DNA of 64,000 bases from contig CM082587.2 in the NCBI GenBank assembly GCA_040954595.2, forward strand, positions 6,375,705-6,439,704, in the 5' to 3' direction. Shown piece after piece: positions 14,801 to 29,392 of the stretch. Origin of the DNA: Balanoglossus misakiensis. Its lineage: Eukaryota; Animalia; Hemichordata. How positions within the stretch are numbered: the stretch's first letter is position 1; each line of letters starts with the position of its first letter. The notes under the pieces are model-generated. The model did not search any database, had not been told where the DNA came from, and saw only the letters and a list, made by a program, of their open reading frames with translations. The translations under genes were made by a program, and so were the position numbers.

Positions 14801-15994
14801 AGAAAAAATCTTTGACATATCCTGAAATTTACTGACTCGGAAGCAATTGACGCCACAACACGACGCTTGATTTACAGTGGGTGGTGTTTTTTTCACAGTC
14901 GTGCGACCATAGACGCTTCACGCCCCAGGCACAGTCACTGCGATTGAACTCCGTTTATTACGTTATTAATATCGCACCCATGAGTTGATATTCCCATGAG
15001 GGATAATACGCTATCCTGTCACACAAGGCCTCAGACATTAACAGAAATGGCACATTAGATTAAAAGATTACGTCCTTCGACATCAAATGCAACCGACAAA
15101 AATTCCCACCAAGTGTCAACTTTGAAAATGATACCCACATGATCACTAAATTTCTTGCCTTTTTTCTGGGTCACAGGACTATTGGTAGGGTACAATTATA
15201 TAAAAATACTGCATGCCCGGGGAGCAATATAATGTAATTATGATTACTAAAGAATAACGCAACACTTCATTGTATGTAGCTGAATTTCAGTCTACGATGT
15301 GCCCCCCCCCCCCCCCCCCCTCTGAATTCCGAGTATCACGCTGATGGTGGCATTGACGCTAGTCACGCTGAACTGCTTAACATTCACCACTGATGACGTC
15401 GGCACTCCGACTGAATAATTCGCAGGTTTCCTTCTTACAAATCCGGTTTCTTGGTGAAAGTCACACGTTTAAAAAAATGCTATAAAACAGGCCTACGGCA
15501 CTATTAATACAAATGCTCCTGCACGCCTTTTGAGTTTTAAATGTGAGGTCATAGATATGCGCCGTTTCCCGCGATACCGCTGGCATTATGTCCTTATGTT
15601 GTATCATTTTCAGCTGCACATTAATCTTCTGAGTGTTGTTTCACACGGCTACTTTCATCTTGTGGAATAGAGAACGCACGTTGTCACATGATAACGTCCT
15701 AGCTCCCATGGCCATGCAAGATCTCGCAGGGTCTCATGGAGTTCAGAAAATGGTCTATTAAAACCCATACCTTCATAGTCAACACTGCGACGTCGTGGTG
15801 TTTCAAACGACAGGACTTAATAGGTTGCCCCTATCTTCTAGATTATGTCGTGCCTCCATGTTACCTTTGATTCAATGCATGAAGAAACACTTCGAAGTTG
15901 CAAACTTTAATAACTCTGAAAGTGCATATGAATGATGTGACCTTTACTGAAACATGAAATGTAGACATGTGCCGTCACTAAACAAAGTTCTATT

Positions 15995-16075
15995 CATAGT
16001 TACCATGGAAAGTTAAAATCCAGCCAATCGCACATTTTCATTTGGGTGGCACCAAGAACGCTTACTAGACACTTC
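15995..16075 (+). mobile_element. Degenerate internal fragment of the MITE family at 50451-50641
   Basis: agttaccatggaaagttaaaatccagccaatcgcacattttcatttgggtggcac aligns with agttatcatggcaaactgagatccggccaatcacagactttcatttggtggcac (~50481-50535). Confidence 0.55.
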
Positions 16076-19000
16076 GTTTTTACCATAAATTACCATATGC
16101 AAATTAGATGCGATTGCTTAGCGCTCGCCTCCTCAAGATCAAAGGCTTTCAAAACGTCATCCCAAACAACATTGACTGCAGGGTGCTTAGAAAATGGGTA
16201 AGTGAAGATATGTACTCTACTATCGTCACGTTTTAAGCTTCCCTCCGAGTATAATATGTTTATACATATCGTTGAAGAGAGCCACATGCGTGGGAGGTAA
16301 GTAACTATGCAGGGATACACGTCATTCTTTGCAAACTGTAATCAAACGACGAGATTACTGTATAGGGAATATCCACCACGAACATTTTGCTCTGACCGGA
16401 GAATCGATAACAGATATTTTCGTACAATGGTAGCTGGTGGTGACGTGAGCCCAGACTATGGATGTTGCCATAGAAGTTGGCCCACACCTAGTACCTCTGA
16501 CTGTGCCGGTATTGAGGCCAATCGCTTACAAAAAGCATATACAGTACGTTAGTTACTCCCCCCCCCCCCCTGAGTAATGGTGTGGATTTTTCTGCACTTT
16601 TAATTCGGCTGACATGCAGGCAGTGTGTCTTTAAACTATTACGCATGATTTTGATGCACCAGGTGTATGATTAAGAGCGAAAGTGTGGATGGACATGTTG
16701 GTATCTGCATGATCGCGGTAATAGGATTAACTGAAAGGCCTTTGTGATTATAGTGCTATTTGTGTCGTGTGAACATTTTTACTGAAACCGAACGACCTCC
16801 ACTTCTGGATTAAAAACAATCGTTTTATCAAGTACGAACGACTATTATAAATAAGCATAATTTGCTATCAAGCTGGTCCGTAGAGGAGTGGACAAGCGAA
16901 AGCATTCTTGGCTTCAAACTTGCGACAATAAAGTGGCGACATAGCCAAATTACCAGTTCCAGATACATAGTGCCTTATCAATTCAAGACAACCGTTGTCG
17001 TTTAATTTGTTTCTTGAACCTGGCAATTTGCATATTATCTGGAATGATATTCAACCTGTTTTTGATATAAAGCTAATTATCATGTATGAAGTGGAGTAGA
17101 TCACAAACATATACCTTCGTCACTTGCGTGAAACCTTGCCTTCACTTTAAGTCCTACTTTCACCCATTCCATATGAAAGAGCAAAGGACGATTACCAAAG
17201 TAATCTCTTATAATGGACTGTTCCAAATGACTTCCTTACATAGGCCTCTTTCTTAAATACCGGCATAGACAGGGAACATCTTTACAAGTTTGCAGTTTGC
17301 TAAAAATAGAACCAACCCACACAAGGTATTCACAGTCGAACTTCAGATGACGTTACAGCTCTGGTAGTAATTAGAAAATCACACACAGATCTGTGGAAAT
17401 TGCTCCTTTTCTGAGTTGTTACTGTGTCTTGTTGGCCCAATTCAAAAGGGCCCATCACCTCCCCATCCTAATTTGTCCGCCAACATTTACGAGATCTTTC
17501 CAGTAAACGCAGAACATCACGGTTTTTTCTATCCAACGCAAGATTGAGTCCAGATTCTCACTATGGATAATCGCCCTGTGGGTTTCTATAGATAGTAATT
17601 GTCGGCGGGTAATTTCCAGTCGCAGTGCGTGTATGAAATCTGCTGCGTCAATTTGATAACCTGCGGATGTGTTAGATCACTGTAACCTGGCAGCTAAGTA
17701 TTCAAACCTTACACTGTAGTTGTTGGAGAAGCCGCCGAAGTGAGTATAGCCAGTTGTAATAATTCGAGGTCACCCAAAGAATATTCACACACAGCACCAA
17801 ACCTGAACAGCATGCCCCTGTATTCACGACACTCACAAAAACCAAATCCCAAGTCACGTGACAAACCTAACCATTCCCAGTATTATTATAGGGAGCTGTC
17901 ACTGATCTGAGACATACGGTACATGTTTAATAAAGCCGGTCACAAATTATGCCATGTACATCACTTGTATGTTATGCTACATTAGCAGATTGCTTTTAAG
18001 TTGTTGACTTACTTTTCAACGTTATGAACCTCGAAACAAGCACAGTGCACGTGTAATAAGTGGGTGGGTGTTACACATTTCGCTTTCTAAGCTTTGCATT
18101 TCCCATTTCCGCCATAGATCTGCAATACGAACTGCAAGCAATAGGATGTAGTTTACGAATAATGCATTACTTTGAACACCTATGTAAAGCAGTTAGGAAA
18201 TTAATAATAATGATAATCAGCAGCAGTTAATCCTTTTTAGGATTTTTGACATAAATAATTTTCCAGTCAGTACTGATTCGTGTTTTTTTTCTCTCTATGA
18301 AGATGACTCACGAATATAATCCTAGGGAGATTATAAATTTACGCAGTTTAAATTTATTATTGCAATATGAGCCAAATTTTACAGCTTCAAAGTACAAGAA
18401 ATCGTACCAGGGAAAGTCTTTCGGGACCAGTCACCAGCTTCCGCCTTGTGTAAGGAACCTTCGTTACACTAGGTAATATCGTATATTACTTGCAATAAAA
18501 CGATGACTTTTTTTTTAGTTCTGAGATGACGAATTAATCAGACGAGTACTAACGAATTGAAGAATATAAAAGAAAGATGACAAGGAGTAAATATGAGCTC
18601 ATGGGAAGTGCGATAAATTAAAGATTGTATAGATGACAAATATGTCCTTAAATAATTGACAAGTTACACAACTCAAGACCAATGTATGACAGGACGTGGC
18701 TTAATGGTGGCACACCCCAGTACCTAAGTATACTATCAAGCTGATTACACCTCTAAGCATGGGTGAGTGAGGCAGTGAGTGAGTTGTCCTTGTTGCTCTA
18801 TTTCTCCACAAGTTATGAGAAGAGTTACATCAACACATATAATAGAAATAAAGAAGAAATGAGAAATACTCAGTTCTCGAGGCAAATTTGAACAAAATTT
18901 GAATAAAATCTGAGAGAGTGAGTGAGGGAGGAAGTGAGGGAGAGGGAGGGAGGCAGGCAGGCAGGAGGGAAACAGAGGCAGAAATTTCATATAAGCTAAC

Positions 19001-19988
19001 CAACAACAGTTTGGCTATATCTTTGCCATTGAACATAATGGCATTTTGCTAACTTAGGCACTTAGTATCTGTAGACCTACCCCTGTGAGCAGCATGATGT
19101 GAAACGTTTTCTTCCTGCTCAGAATTCAACGCGCCTGTAAGGATATTGTTAAAGTCTTCGCTATCTGCTAACACACTTACAAGGAAAGAGACAATACACC
19201 CTGTGGGTGCGTCACTATAGTAACACTAATTATCGAGTTGACTTAAAATATTAACAGTCGCTTTCTTTGGTAAAATTTCACAAAATTTTCAACATGTTGC
19301 ATGTGTGAGAGACAAAAAGAGTGGGGGGGGTAAATGAGTGCCGTGACTAACTTGAACCAAATATGGCAATATGATATATTCAGTTACTGATCAACAGGTG
19401 AGTTTAGTGGATAACTACGTGACTCATCTTCGGTTGGAAAACATCAAATCTGCAGTTCGTCCTGTAAAAAGGTCACTTTTACTATCTTTTAATCAACAAA
19501 GTCATGACTGCGAGGCCCGGCTTACGACACTGTCTGAAGTGTTGGTACATTGTTTACTTTGATCAGATTGACCGCCGGTGAGAGAAGGGTAATACGACTG
19601 ATGACCTATCCTGAACACCCGCACCGCCTCAGAAGCACACCAGATGTGTTAATTGTTTGCCTGGAAGAACTGATCGTGCTCTGGTGTAAACAAGAGACAC
19701 TTTGATGCGCCTGATAACGCGTCTCCTTCCGAGACCTGTGGCAAGGAAGTTGACATCCCTGCAGCTTTTTGGTCATGCTACGTAAATGCTATTTTAAAAA
19801 AAAATTGAAATCTCAATCGAGTGCACATGGAAAGAGTGACACAATGTTCTCAGGTGTCGATGCTTTTGTCGATAATTTCGCATCGATGAATCTGCAAGTT
19901 TGCTGACCTTGTCCAGAAAGGAAAAATTATCAGCTGAATTCACGTTCCTGGTTCAGTTTCTTAAAATTTTCTATTTATAGTTTTTCAG

Positions 19989-20020
19989 GATGGAAAACCG
20001 CTTGTACGGTACTATCCAGG
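19989..20020 (+). other. Candidate orphan 32-nt micro-exon (G ATG GAA AAC...CAG G; MENRLYGTIQ)
   Basis: Strong acceptor ttttctatttatagtttttcag immediately 5' and donor gtaagc immediately 3'. Confidence 0.4.
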
Positions 20021-22179
20021 GTAAGCACTTTGCAAGATCTCATTTATTAAATTCTTAAATTTTGTTAAATATTGTGTACATTTAATTAAAGTGGGATTAA
20101 AGCTGCATGTGTACCATTAGCATATACATGATGTCACCAGCCATGAAGTCACCGTGACAAATCAAAGCTGCGCGCATCTGTATATGATGCTAATTATTAT
20201 GTGTCATTGAAAGAAAATATATCAAACCCTTACGTTTATATTGATTTTGAAAAAAAAATCTCCATGGCAACTGTTGCCTAGCAATGTTAATTCTTCCGTA
20301 TCACCTTGAACATTTAGCTCCCCCCCCCCCCCTTAGCTACATTGCGATTATTTGGTCAATAACCGGGAAGCTTCTTAAACTCAAAGCCACTCTTTCTGAA
20401 ATTCTACGTAAACCCACCACTCCAGAATTCTCCAAATGACCAAGAGCACGCATGCGCGGTATCTGTTTGTGGCAGAACGTTGTGCAGGCTGACCTCACAA
20501 TGTTATACTTCTCAGTTTGTGCCATAATAAACAATCTAAAAGACTTAATGGCAGTTTTCGGATGTAGGTTTTCAATGCCAGGCTTTAACCCGATAGTGTG
20601 TCGGGTTTAACATAAGACGCAGAAGCAACTACTATGATTGAAGGGATTATACGTCAAATTAAGGATTAGACCCTTGCTTGATAAATGCATTGGAAACAGG
20701 TGTTCAAATGTTTTTGCGCCTGGCCCCACACACACACTGTGCGGTCTATACTCACTCAGTAGGACATATGTTCGCACGCGGTACGCAATAGATCGAATCG
20801 CGTCGAGGGTGAATTGTGTTTTGCCCGGCTAACTGATGGTTTTGTCGATTGTCCTCGGTCGTTTCGCGCAGGAAGTAGCGATAATCGAAGATGACTGGCA
20901 GTTTTATTGTTTTCAACATTGCGGGAGTGCCACATTTATAGAAGCCGGAATATCACACCATAGACAGAGAATGCAGTAAACAGTTTACCCTGCAGGATCC
21001 AGTCAGCAGACCATGGGGGATTTCTGTTTTGTTTCCCCCCTAAGTAAAGATATAAAGCTTTTATACATTTTCCGTAAATATTAATGTATCACAAAATGCA
21101 AAAGGACTCAATAGTTAATGAATCTGCATTATTCAAAAATATTTATATGACCAAGCGAGTGCTGCAAGTTATTGGATTATCGATTCATAGAACCAAATCT
21201 GGACTCCTAACAAGTGGTATCGACACATTTACAACTTAGGGATGAAATATGTAACTACGAATCATGGCAAATGTATGCCAATTAACTTAGCCCTGTACAT
21301 GGATATACCAAGATAATACGTCCGCCATGAAGTAATTTGCATATCTATATATTGGTTGCTCTACTTCATTCGTCACTCCCGGAGTCGCGTTTTACAAGAG
21401 CATTTCCATCAACTTCACAATGTTATTTATAGACTGGATTCTGACCTCTACACCAACATCTGTTATGGGAAGGGTACAAGCAACATGCAAGTTCAAAAAC
21501 ATGGTATATGGACAATTATTTCCAATGTTTCGGACAAGCGACCCGCAAAGGAGAAGAGAAACGAAAGGACAAGTATTGAAAAACAATTTATCTTTAACCT
21601 TTGCAGATATACATTGTCCTCAGGCATACAAAATAGGACACAGTCGATCGATCGATCAATAAATGCATTACTTCGAAAATAGAGTTGAAAATAAAAAGAC
21701 AAATCGATCCCGGTATGTTCAAACAATGCTGTCAACCTATATTTAGTTTTCAGTTCACATGATCCTCGATAAAACAATTACATATGTCTTTCAGATATGT
21801 ATATTTAGTAACATTTCAAAAATAGCAGTTAGACACTTTAAAATGTAAATAAAAGAACAGTAGATTCTACCGCAAATATACCTTGGAATATATAGCCATG
21901 AAAAAGTAGGTGAGAAGCCTGAAACAAACATATACCGGCATAAAAAGATATATACAACATGCCCTAATGACCAAATGATGGTAAACAAATGCATTATACC
22001 CGGTTCACGATAGGCTTTTGAGAAAGAAAAAAAATTCTCCAGAATTCCCTTTTGAGGGGGGGGGGGGGGGGGATAAATTCTTACAAGCTCATAGTCTAGT
22101 ACTATATTCTTATCTACAGATCTCGATGACTTTGGATAACATGTTGTAACGTGGTGGACTTCCAATTATTACAGTTTGA

Positions 22180-22322
22180 ACGCCTTATGCACATGTGCGT
22201 CCAATCCAAATGTTCTGCAAATTTTGCGTTCAACGCATTCAAATAGTAGACTGCCTTGGCTGCCTTCCATATTTCATGGGTAACTTTTAAGTAGTCTTTA
22301 GTTTTGTCCCTTCTTTCACCCA
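22180..22322 (-). repeat. Interspersed repeat; inverted copy of ~44105-44267
   Basis: The minus strand reads gggtgaaagaagggacaaaac...gaaatatggaag...gaatgcgttgaacgcaaaatttgcagaacatttggattggacg...cacatgtgcataag, matching the plus strand at 44105-44267. Confidence 0.75.
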
Positions 22323-25310
22323 AGTTGCTGCCTCTTCTCTTTGACTACGAATAAAGAAACAGCAACTCACTCACTCCTGCAACATTAATTAGATGTATGT
22401 ACAAGCCGACGACCGAACACATCAACTTGCTTCATACACATAGTATTTTCCAAGATGTGTTACTTCCTATAAATCGACCTGCATAAATAAAATAGAGTGG
22501 ACTTCCTGTACCACTTTCTTAAGCCTAGCTGGTGGCAGTAAAATGAATTTATAAAGTTGATGTAATTACCGGTATCGTGTTCAGGTTATGTTTGAAAGTA
22601 ATCGCACACAAAAAGTCTTTTCCTGTTAAATAATTGTCATATAGGGTAAAGAACACACAGTGGAATTATCTCCCGGATTTTAATAAACTGCAAAAATTTG
22701 CCAACATATAAAAATGTGTTTTCTGAATTATATATATTCGGCCTGTTTCTATCTGTAACCGTTATGACATATCGTAAAATGAAAATGTAAGCACGTAAAA
22801 ATAACTTGATATTCTTTAGTATTTCAATGGATTTTTAGAAATGCATACATTTAGAAATGTATAAATTCTGAGTCTAACAACGTATCTCACCAAACTCATC
22901 TTGAGTATCAAGATAACAATATTCCAGTGATACTTCCTAATATTTCGAGGCATATAAGTCTCGGATATAAGCACTTTTGATAATAAAACAGTAACATACT
23001 CTGTTACCCCAGTATTATCCATTAGAAGGTGTTGTGGGCCCATAGTGCATTTAATTAATTGATTAGACCAAATGGGTTTACCCTTTGCGAGTTGTATGCA
23101 CGGGTCAGCTTGTTATGAAACCTATTCCATTCGGGCTGACGATGAATACCAGTGGTTACGCGCAGACATTTACACGTAATCAGGTATAGGGCTCCGAAGA
23201 ACAATGTACTTTTGCAGAGAGGCGCAATCGCGACGCCATTGTAGCTCTTGGATTTGCCGCAACCTCTGTGCGTTCTTTACCCTACACGACATGATGGTGC
23301 GAAGCGATGGCGCATGCTTGCATCGACATGCAGTCACACTAAAGGGCATACGTTTTCTTTGGATGAAGTAATAATTGATTGTAGAATCATACAAATCGAA
23401 CAGACGCGGATCCCATGAGTGGGATTTTTTGTAAAAAAAAAATCTGACGCAATGATTTATACTTAAAACCTCGGATGATTTTGATGTTTGTTGATTTGTG
23501 TGCTAACTTTTCTAAATCGACCCAGTGCAATGTGTTATTTCCCAATCGATGCTAAACTCATCTATTTTCGTCCGCATCATAAAATGTACGTTCCTCAACG
23601 AAAATGTCAAAGAAAATTTAAAATATGTTCATGATGCAAGCATACACTTCACTTTGACACAGAGAGCAATCATGAACACCTACACATTCTCCTGCATTAA
23701 TGTTTAATTTAATTAATTCATCCGTTATATGTAATTGGAATTTTTATAAGAATTCATCCCAGCGGTAACAAATGAACATGTAATTATATAAAAAGGGCAA
23801 ATGTCAGTTCTACTTGTCACTGCTCACTTTTTGTAATTAATAAATCCCACACGAGTTTCTTGTGTGAATCCGGTTCTCTTTCAATTCTAGTTCTAATAGT
23901 AATTTGCAGCTGTTGCCTGACAGATCGTTGCCCAAGCTCGAAAAAATAAGAAAACTATAACCTCCCCCCCCCCCAAACAAAACAAAACTGACAACAAACC
24001 TCCAGCCACTTAAAAAACATCTGGCAGGTATGTAGAAATTTTAAAAACCAAACTACTTGTTGAGCTGGTAATTGGGGATATGTCCCTCGACTGAAGAAGA
24101 CTAGTGCAGTGCATATGGATATATTTGGCAAAGATATGAAGCAAGTTACCGTGGATACACATGGTGACACAATATTGTCTTTGAAGCAAGGGACTTCCAA
24201 ATGTATGTTCTCTTCTGTAGGCCTAGACAAGATCAGAGTATCATCCCATCGTTAAAAATTCTATCAGTAATGTCTGGGGAGGGTGTGTGTTGTGCAACCT
24301 TTCATCAATTTTCCTCCTAGTTATTTGGGGTACAAAGAGAGAAAGACTATGTTCAGATCTGGTAAAACTGACAATGAGGAAGACTGGCCTGAGTGCGCAT
24401 GTGTATATGCAAACACACCAATCCGATTAAAATCAGATGCGCTTTGAAAAAAAACCCAAGATTTTCTATGGGTCAGATGTAGAGAGGCGGACATTCGACT
24501 GAGAACAGAAAAACCAAGAATTAGTAAATGTGAAGGTTGAGTTAACTCTATATCTGTATCAGATTGCAAACTTATCAACTTATCCATGATACCGATATTA
24601 AAGCTGCTGTTTGACATTTGTGTGGATAAAATAAGTTTTATCCGATCATACCAAAGATCATAAAATCCTGCATTGCTGCTTATAAATTACAAATATCCTT
24701 GCCACTTGGTAAAAAATATAGCAACTCAGGTAGTCAGGTGTTACAGACACTATCTATAAATTAAGACTTCGAAAGAATATACTAAATTGCTTTTGTGACT
24801 GGGATTGGCACTTAATTACATATTGCTCAATTTGTCACAATGGACATCCAGTTTTTAGGCATAATTAGTAATTAGTACTGACAAACCCTGGAGATATTTA
24901 TAAGATGACTCAGTAACCCTTTGATAATACAGGGATATATTTAGTTGCTGACGTATATTCTCTTTGAAATAGTATTAGTTGAGTTTGATTTGAAACAATT
25001 ACCACCACCCACACTTCGCTATTAAAAAGCAATAAATGAACACATGTCGCGGTGGTACTGAACGTCTGTTAGCGATTTAACATGACGCATGTCATTACGA
25101 AAAGTTGGGATCCAAGTGTACTTCTTATAAACTTTAGTCAAAGTAAAAGTGTTTTATAATCAAATCACTTGTTTGAATAACCATAACACACAATATCACA
25201 CTTGCAGCCATTATGTTTCTTGAGCTTCCATTTCTTGGCAGTGCTCACCATTTTGAATTGACTTAGAGAACATCAATGATGACTTTTCTCGATCAAGAGG
25301 ATGTGCTATT

Positions 25311-25379
25311 TGAGCAAAGTCTTAAGAAAACCATGAGCAAAGTCTTAAGAAAACCATGAGCAAAGTCTTAAGAAAACCA
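25311..25379. repeat. Perfect 23-bp tandem triplication (tgagcaaagtcttaagaaaacca x3)
   Basis: Direct reading. Confidence 0.95.
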
Positions 25380-26776
25380 ATTTCAAGATTCGCCTTAGCT
25401 TTTATTAATGGCAAAATGTAGTACATCAGTACAACCTGACACATAGAAATTGCATTTGTAAAGCACAATGTTCAACAGGAAATGAAATCTTTATAGATTA
25501 GTTTTTTTAATGATTATATTTTTATGTGCCACGTAAGAATGGACAATTCGTATAAATAATCAATGTCTGCACAAGAAAACACTGTCAGTCAAGATGTGTG
25601 GGTTGGATTGGCAGTACACCACTCCACCTGACGTCACAATGTCTATGACGTCACTTCCTATTCTGTGCTTTCTTCAAAGTACAGGCAATAAGAATTTGCT
25701 TGATTTAGCCGGATCTGTAGCAGAACTTTAAATGAGGGTTATACTGTTCTATTTTGCATTTAATTATCCCAGGCACTTAGTGTTCTCGCACTCTTGTTTA
25801 CGAAACTCTCACACGGAGGTTTTCAACGAACAGGGCCCCGGGTATACACTGATTACAAAATCGCTAAAAATTCAGCATTGTCGTCCGACACTAGTTCTTC
25901 TGTCATCTATGTATGCAGATCAAACATGTTACACAAATTGTTTGTTTTGTCGGCAAGAGTGTTAGACTTATAACGCCGACATCTTTCACCACTCGAAGAA
26001 ACACAAAACCTGGGGGTGGGGGAAGCTACTTCCATTGATTTAAAAGACTTTCGATGGTGTTAACTTGGACAATCTTGATGAAACCATACAATCTGTGAAT
26101 TTTGGTGTTTCCTTTCGCTCAAGAGTACAAACAGTTTTGCACTTTGATAACAAAGCTATACCGTTTCTATAAAAGTTGGCATTAGAATTATTTCGACCTA
26201 GAAACGGATTCTATAATTTACGCACGCTCACATTACTTCATATGTAATAGCGATTGCAGTGACTTTGCCGTTTGGCACCAGTGGCAACCGATTCATCAGC
26301 ATACAGCTGATAGTGATTTGCTCACAGGGGGCTATGCCGCTGTTGGGAGATTTACGAAAGCGTCGACGTGGTATATTCCCCCCCCCCCTCCCAACGACTC
26401 GAGGCAAGAAGCCTACGCACGAGTCATCAGGAAAGTAGAACCACAATACCTGCCATAAATCCGCACCTCACCAAAATCGCCTCGAGATGAGCAAAAAAAA
26501 AAGCGAAACGAATTCTCAGAAACGACATTCATACCATCGGCGTCGGATTGTTTTAAAAACCAAACACGTCTTCTCAATCTAGTCGTACTTTTCCTACAGT
26601 AAACTTTGCATGGCAACATACCGCTAAGCTACAGTATCTGTTACAATCTGGCGGAGGAACAGCTGCCAATATCCACAGTGGTAAATTTCAACTAGCTTAT
26701 GTCACCAGATTGTTACTGAGCAAATCATCCCCACCACCACCTCCAATGTCATCAGAGATTGTAATATGTGATTGTA

Positions 26777-26955
26777 CAGTCAAACCTCTCTATAGTGGCC
26801 AGTCAAGTGACTTTCCTAAACTGGCCTTTATAGAGAGGTGACCTTTATATAGAGGTTAATTAACACACATGTGAATTGCACAGGGACTGTAACAAAGTGG
26901 CCACTATATAGAGGTGACCGCTATATAGAGGTGGCCACTAACCGGGGTTTGACTG
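26777..26955. mobile_element. Tc1/mariner (pogo/Tigger-like) MITE, 179 bp
   Basis: TA|cagtcaaacc...ggtttgactg|TA. The TIR extends imperfectly to ~24 bp (tagtggcca). Internal repeats of tatatagaggt(g)(a/g)cc. Confidence 0.85.
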
Positions 26956-28406
26956 TATCTACAATATATAAAGAGCCGCAGATGACTTAAGATCCATGAA
27001 TGAAATCTAACGGTCATCTCACGACTGTTCTCCTGGTTTTCTGACTACATGGCAGCCATGAATAATTAAACTGGATATAAATATTCTGTTTTAATTCGAA
27101 TTATGTGTTTAATATGATACCATTTCTCCAAGTAATACAACCGGAACATGATACATGTGATTCATATATTTATTTCTGATCCCTTTAAATAAGCCTTAGT
27201 ACACATGCAGATTTACCATCTTGATGGAAACCCATGGGCCAATAATTAATTCATTCGGAATATAGCAAAGTAAGCATAAACTTGCTCATTTTTATGGCCC
27301 ATGTGAAGAGCGCGTGCAGTGGGCCTGCAGAACTAGAAAAGGGCAGATTTCTGAGGACATGACTCGGGTCATGATGTATATCACAGAAAAGCATCAGAAT
27401 CCTTGAAAGGATTCAAAAGCTATCGCATCGATATAATCCTTCAATTGTACATTCCCTTAAAAAATTGACAACATTAGTGTGTTTAATTTCTGCACAAAAA
27501 TCGAGAGAAAGCAAGGATAGGCAGTGACATTTTGAAAATAAATCCCATTCCCAGATGGATTTTCCTTCGAATTTCGCAATTTTTTCATCGTCTATCAGTC
27601 AATTCCTATTTTATCGGTGATTCACAGTACTGGCTATTAATCAGTAAGCGAGAGTATCCTCCGTGAACCCATATTAAGTAACGATATTTAAAGCGACAAC
27701 GTACAATATCACGGTGTATATCTTGACATAAGCTAAAACCTCGTGTAATTTTAGAAATTCGATCCACCCGTCTATAATGTAACATCCTGTATTGAACCGT
27801 GATTCGCTCGATAGAATGTCATGCCTGTTGTCGAACGAACCATATGCCGACACATTTTGCCGGGAAAAAAAGGCAATTGACAGTCGCTGAGACGCAAACC
27901 TGTGAAATTATTGATTTGCCTGTCATGTAAAAGTGCATGCTTGCCATTGTCCGTCACAAAAGGATTGTAGATAAGCTCCCGCGCGTTCAACTTAATGCTC
28001 TAACCTTCGTTTTGCCGTAGCAACAACTATAATCATTTCACTGTAAGCTCATAAATGATTAAAATGTATGCGGAGCGTAAACATCAAATCGCCAGAAGTT
28101 GTTGTCACATAAAAAATTCGTTGACGTTTAATACATGTACTATAACATAAAGACAGTGTGGAAATATAACATCACAGACAACCAGCTCTCAATTCGAAAC
28201 AGTACTTTTGTACTGATAACTGATCCTATGTTTTAGTGGCACTGACAATGTTCAAACAAACAGCTATGGGCCTAAACAAAGACAGAAGTTACTTAAATTG
28301 ACTTTACCTGCATGGTGTCTGGCAGGTTTGTGATCCGGAGTTATTAAAGCCCCAATCGAGCATTATTTTCATGACTTTACCTCGAGACTTAGAATTATTC
28401 CTTTAA

Positions 28407-29392
28407 GGTAGTTGGAAAGGCTATTTTTGAAGCAAATTCTCTCAATGTTCGTGAATTTAATTTCACAAGTTAGAATAAAGATAATGACTTGAAATTTGCA
28501 GCATGTATTCTTAACAAACTAAAAAGTGAGGGAAAAATATGACTGTAAAAATATCTGCTAAAATTATGAAATTTGATACGCCTAAATATAAATATTCATA
28601 ATTTTACAAAATATTGATTGAATCTTGACATGTTTTCACAAATTATTGAATAATTTGTATTCATTTTAATATTAAGCAACCCCTCCAGCAATGTACGGGA
28701 CACTTTCAGCATAAACTTATTTTTTTCAAAGTTATCACTCAGGAAAACACAGTTTTTGTTGATATTTTGTATACAACTTTAACGTGCTGCCAAAACACAA
28801 CGGGAAAACTTATGAAAAAACTGTCCCATAAAATTGTTCTTTGGGATGTCCCGAGCCTTTCCTGAAAAATTCATGATAAAAAAAATATCTGGCATACCAA
28901 TTCAATCACAAATAAAAACCATTACATTATGGCGAAGGGCAGAAAAGTAGCGAAATACGCAAAGTTTAGCGGCAGTTCACGGCGAAGGATTGCATTTATC
29001 TGGGTCAAACGCTTTTCCGCTGGCCTTTCGGGTTCCCTAGAAATGCAAAAATGTCCATAATTTGGTAGCCTTTAATAAACAAGCAAGGTTATCTATCGCT
29101 GAAAATTGCAAGAATCAGTGTTTGCAAGTTACATTTAAATGCCCTTGGCTAGGGGAACCCGTTCTTGTGTGCATAGCCTAGGAGAAGTCTTCCCCTAGAG
29201 GGCGCTCAAATAAGGCTCCCTAGCTTCATTGCCAGATGTATGAAATTAGGTATCATAAAACCAGCCATATCTTGTTACACGTTTATTGCCCCGAATTTTT
29301 CATAAGTTTAATTGTTCTCTAATACATTTCTAGATATAAATTCAGTGTTTTTAAATGAAATTTTAACTGACGCCCTAGCCTTTCCAACTACC
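28407..29392. mobile_element. Non-autonomous DNA transposon, Kolobok-like (986 bp)
   Basis: Perfect 17-bp TIR ggtagttggaaaggcta / tagcctttccaactacc, flanked by TTAA at 28403-28406 and 29393-29396. Purine-purine termini with a TTAA TSD fit Kolobok rather than piggyBac. No ORF. Confidence 0.85.

Noticed and set aside
14521-14856. 111-aa ORF and other 60-140 aa ORFs in 1-41 kb (e.g. 634-1029, 1325-1702, 21356-21682)
   Set aside because: Many have non-ATG starts; none shows a recognisable domain, codon bias or consistent splice signals.
22114-22323. 69-aa ORF that looks protein-like
   Set aside because: It lies in an interspersed repeat whose second copy (44105-44267) has indels that break the frame.
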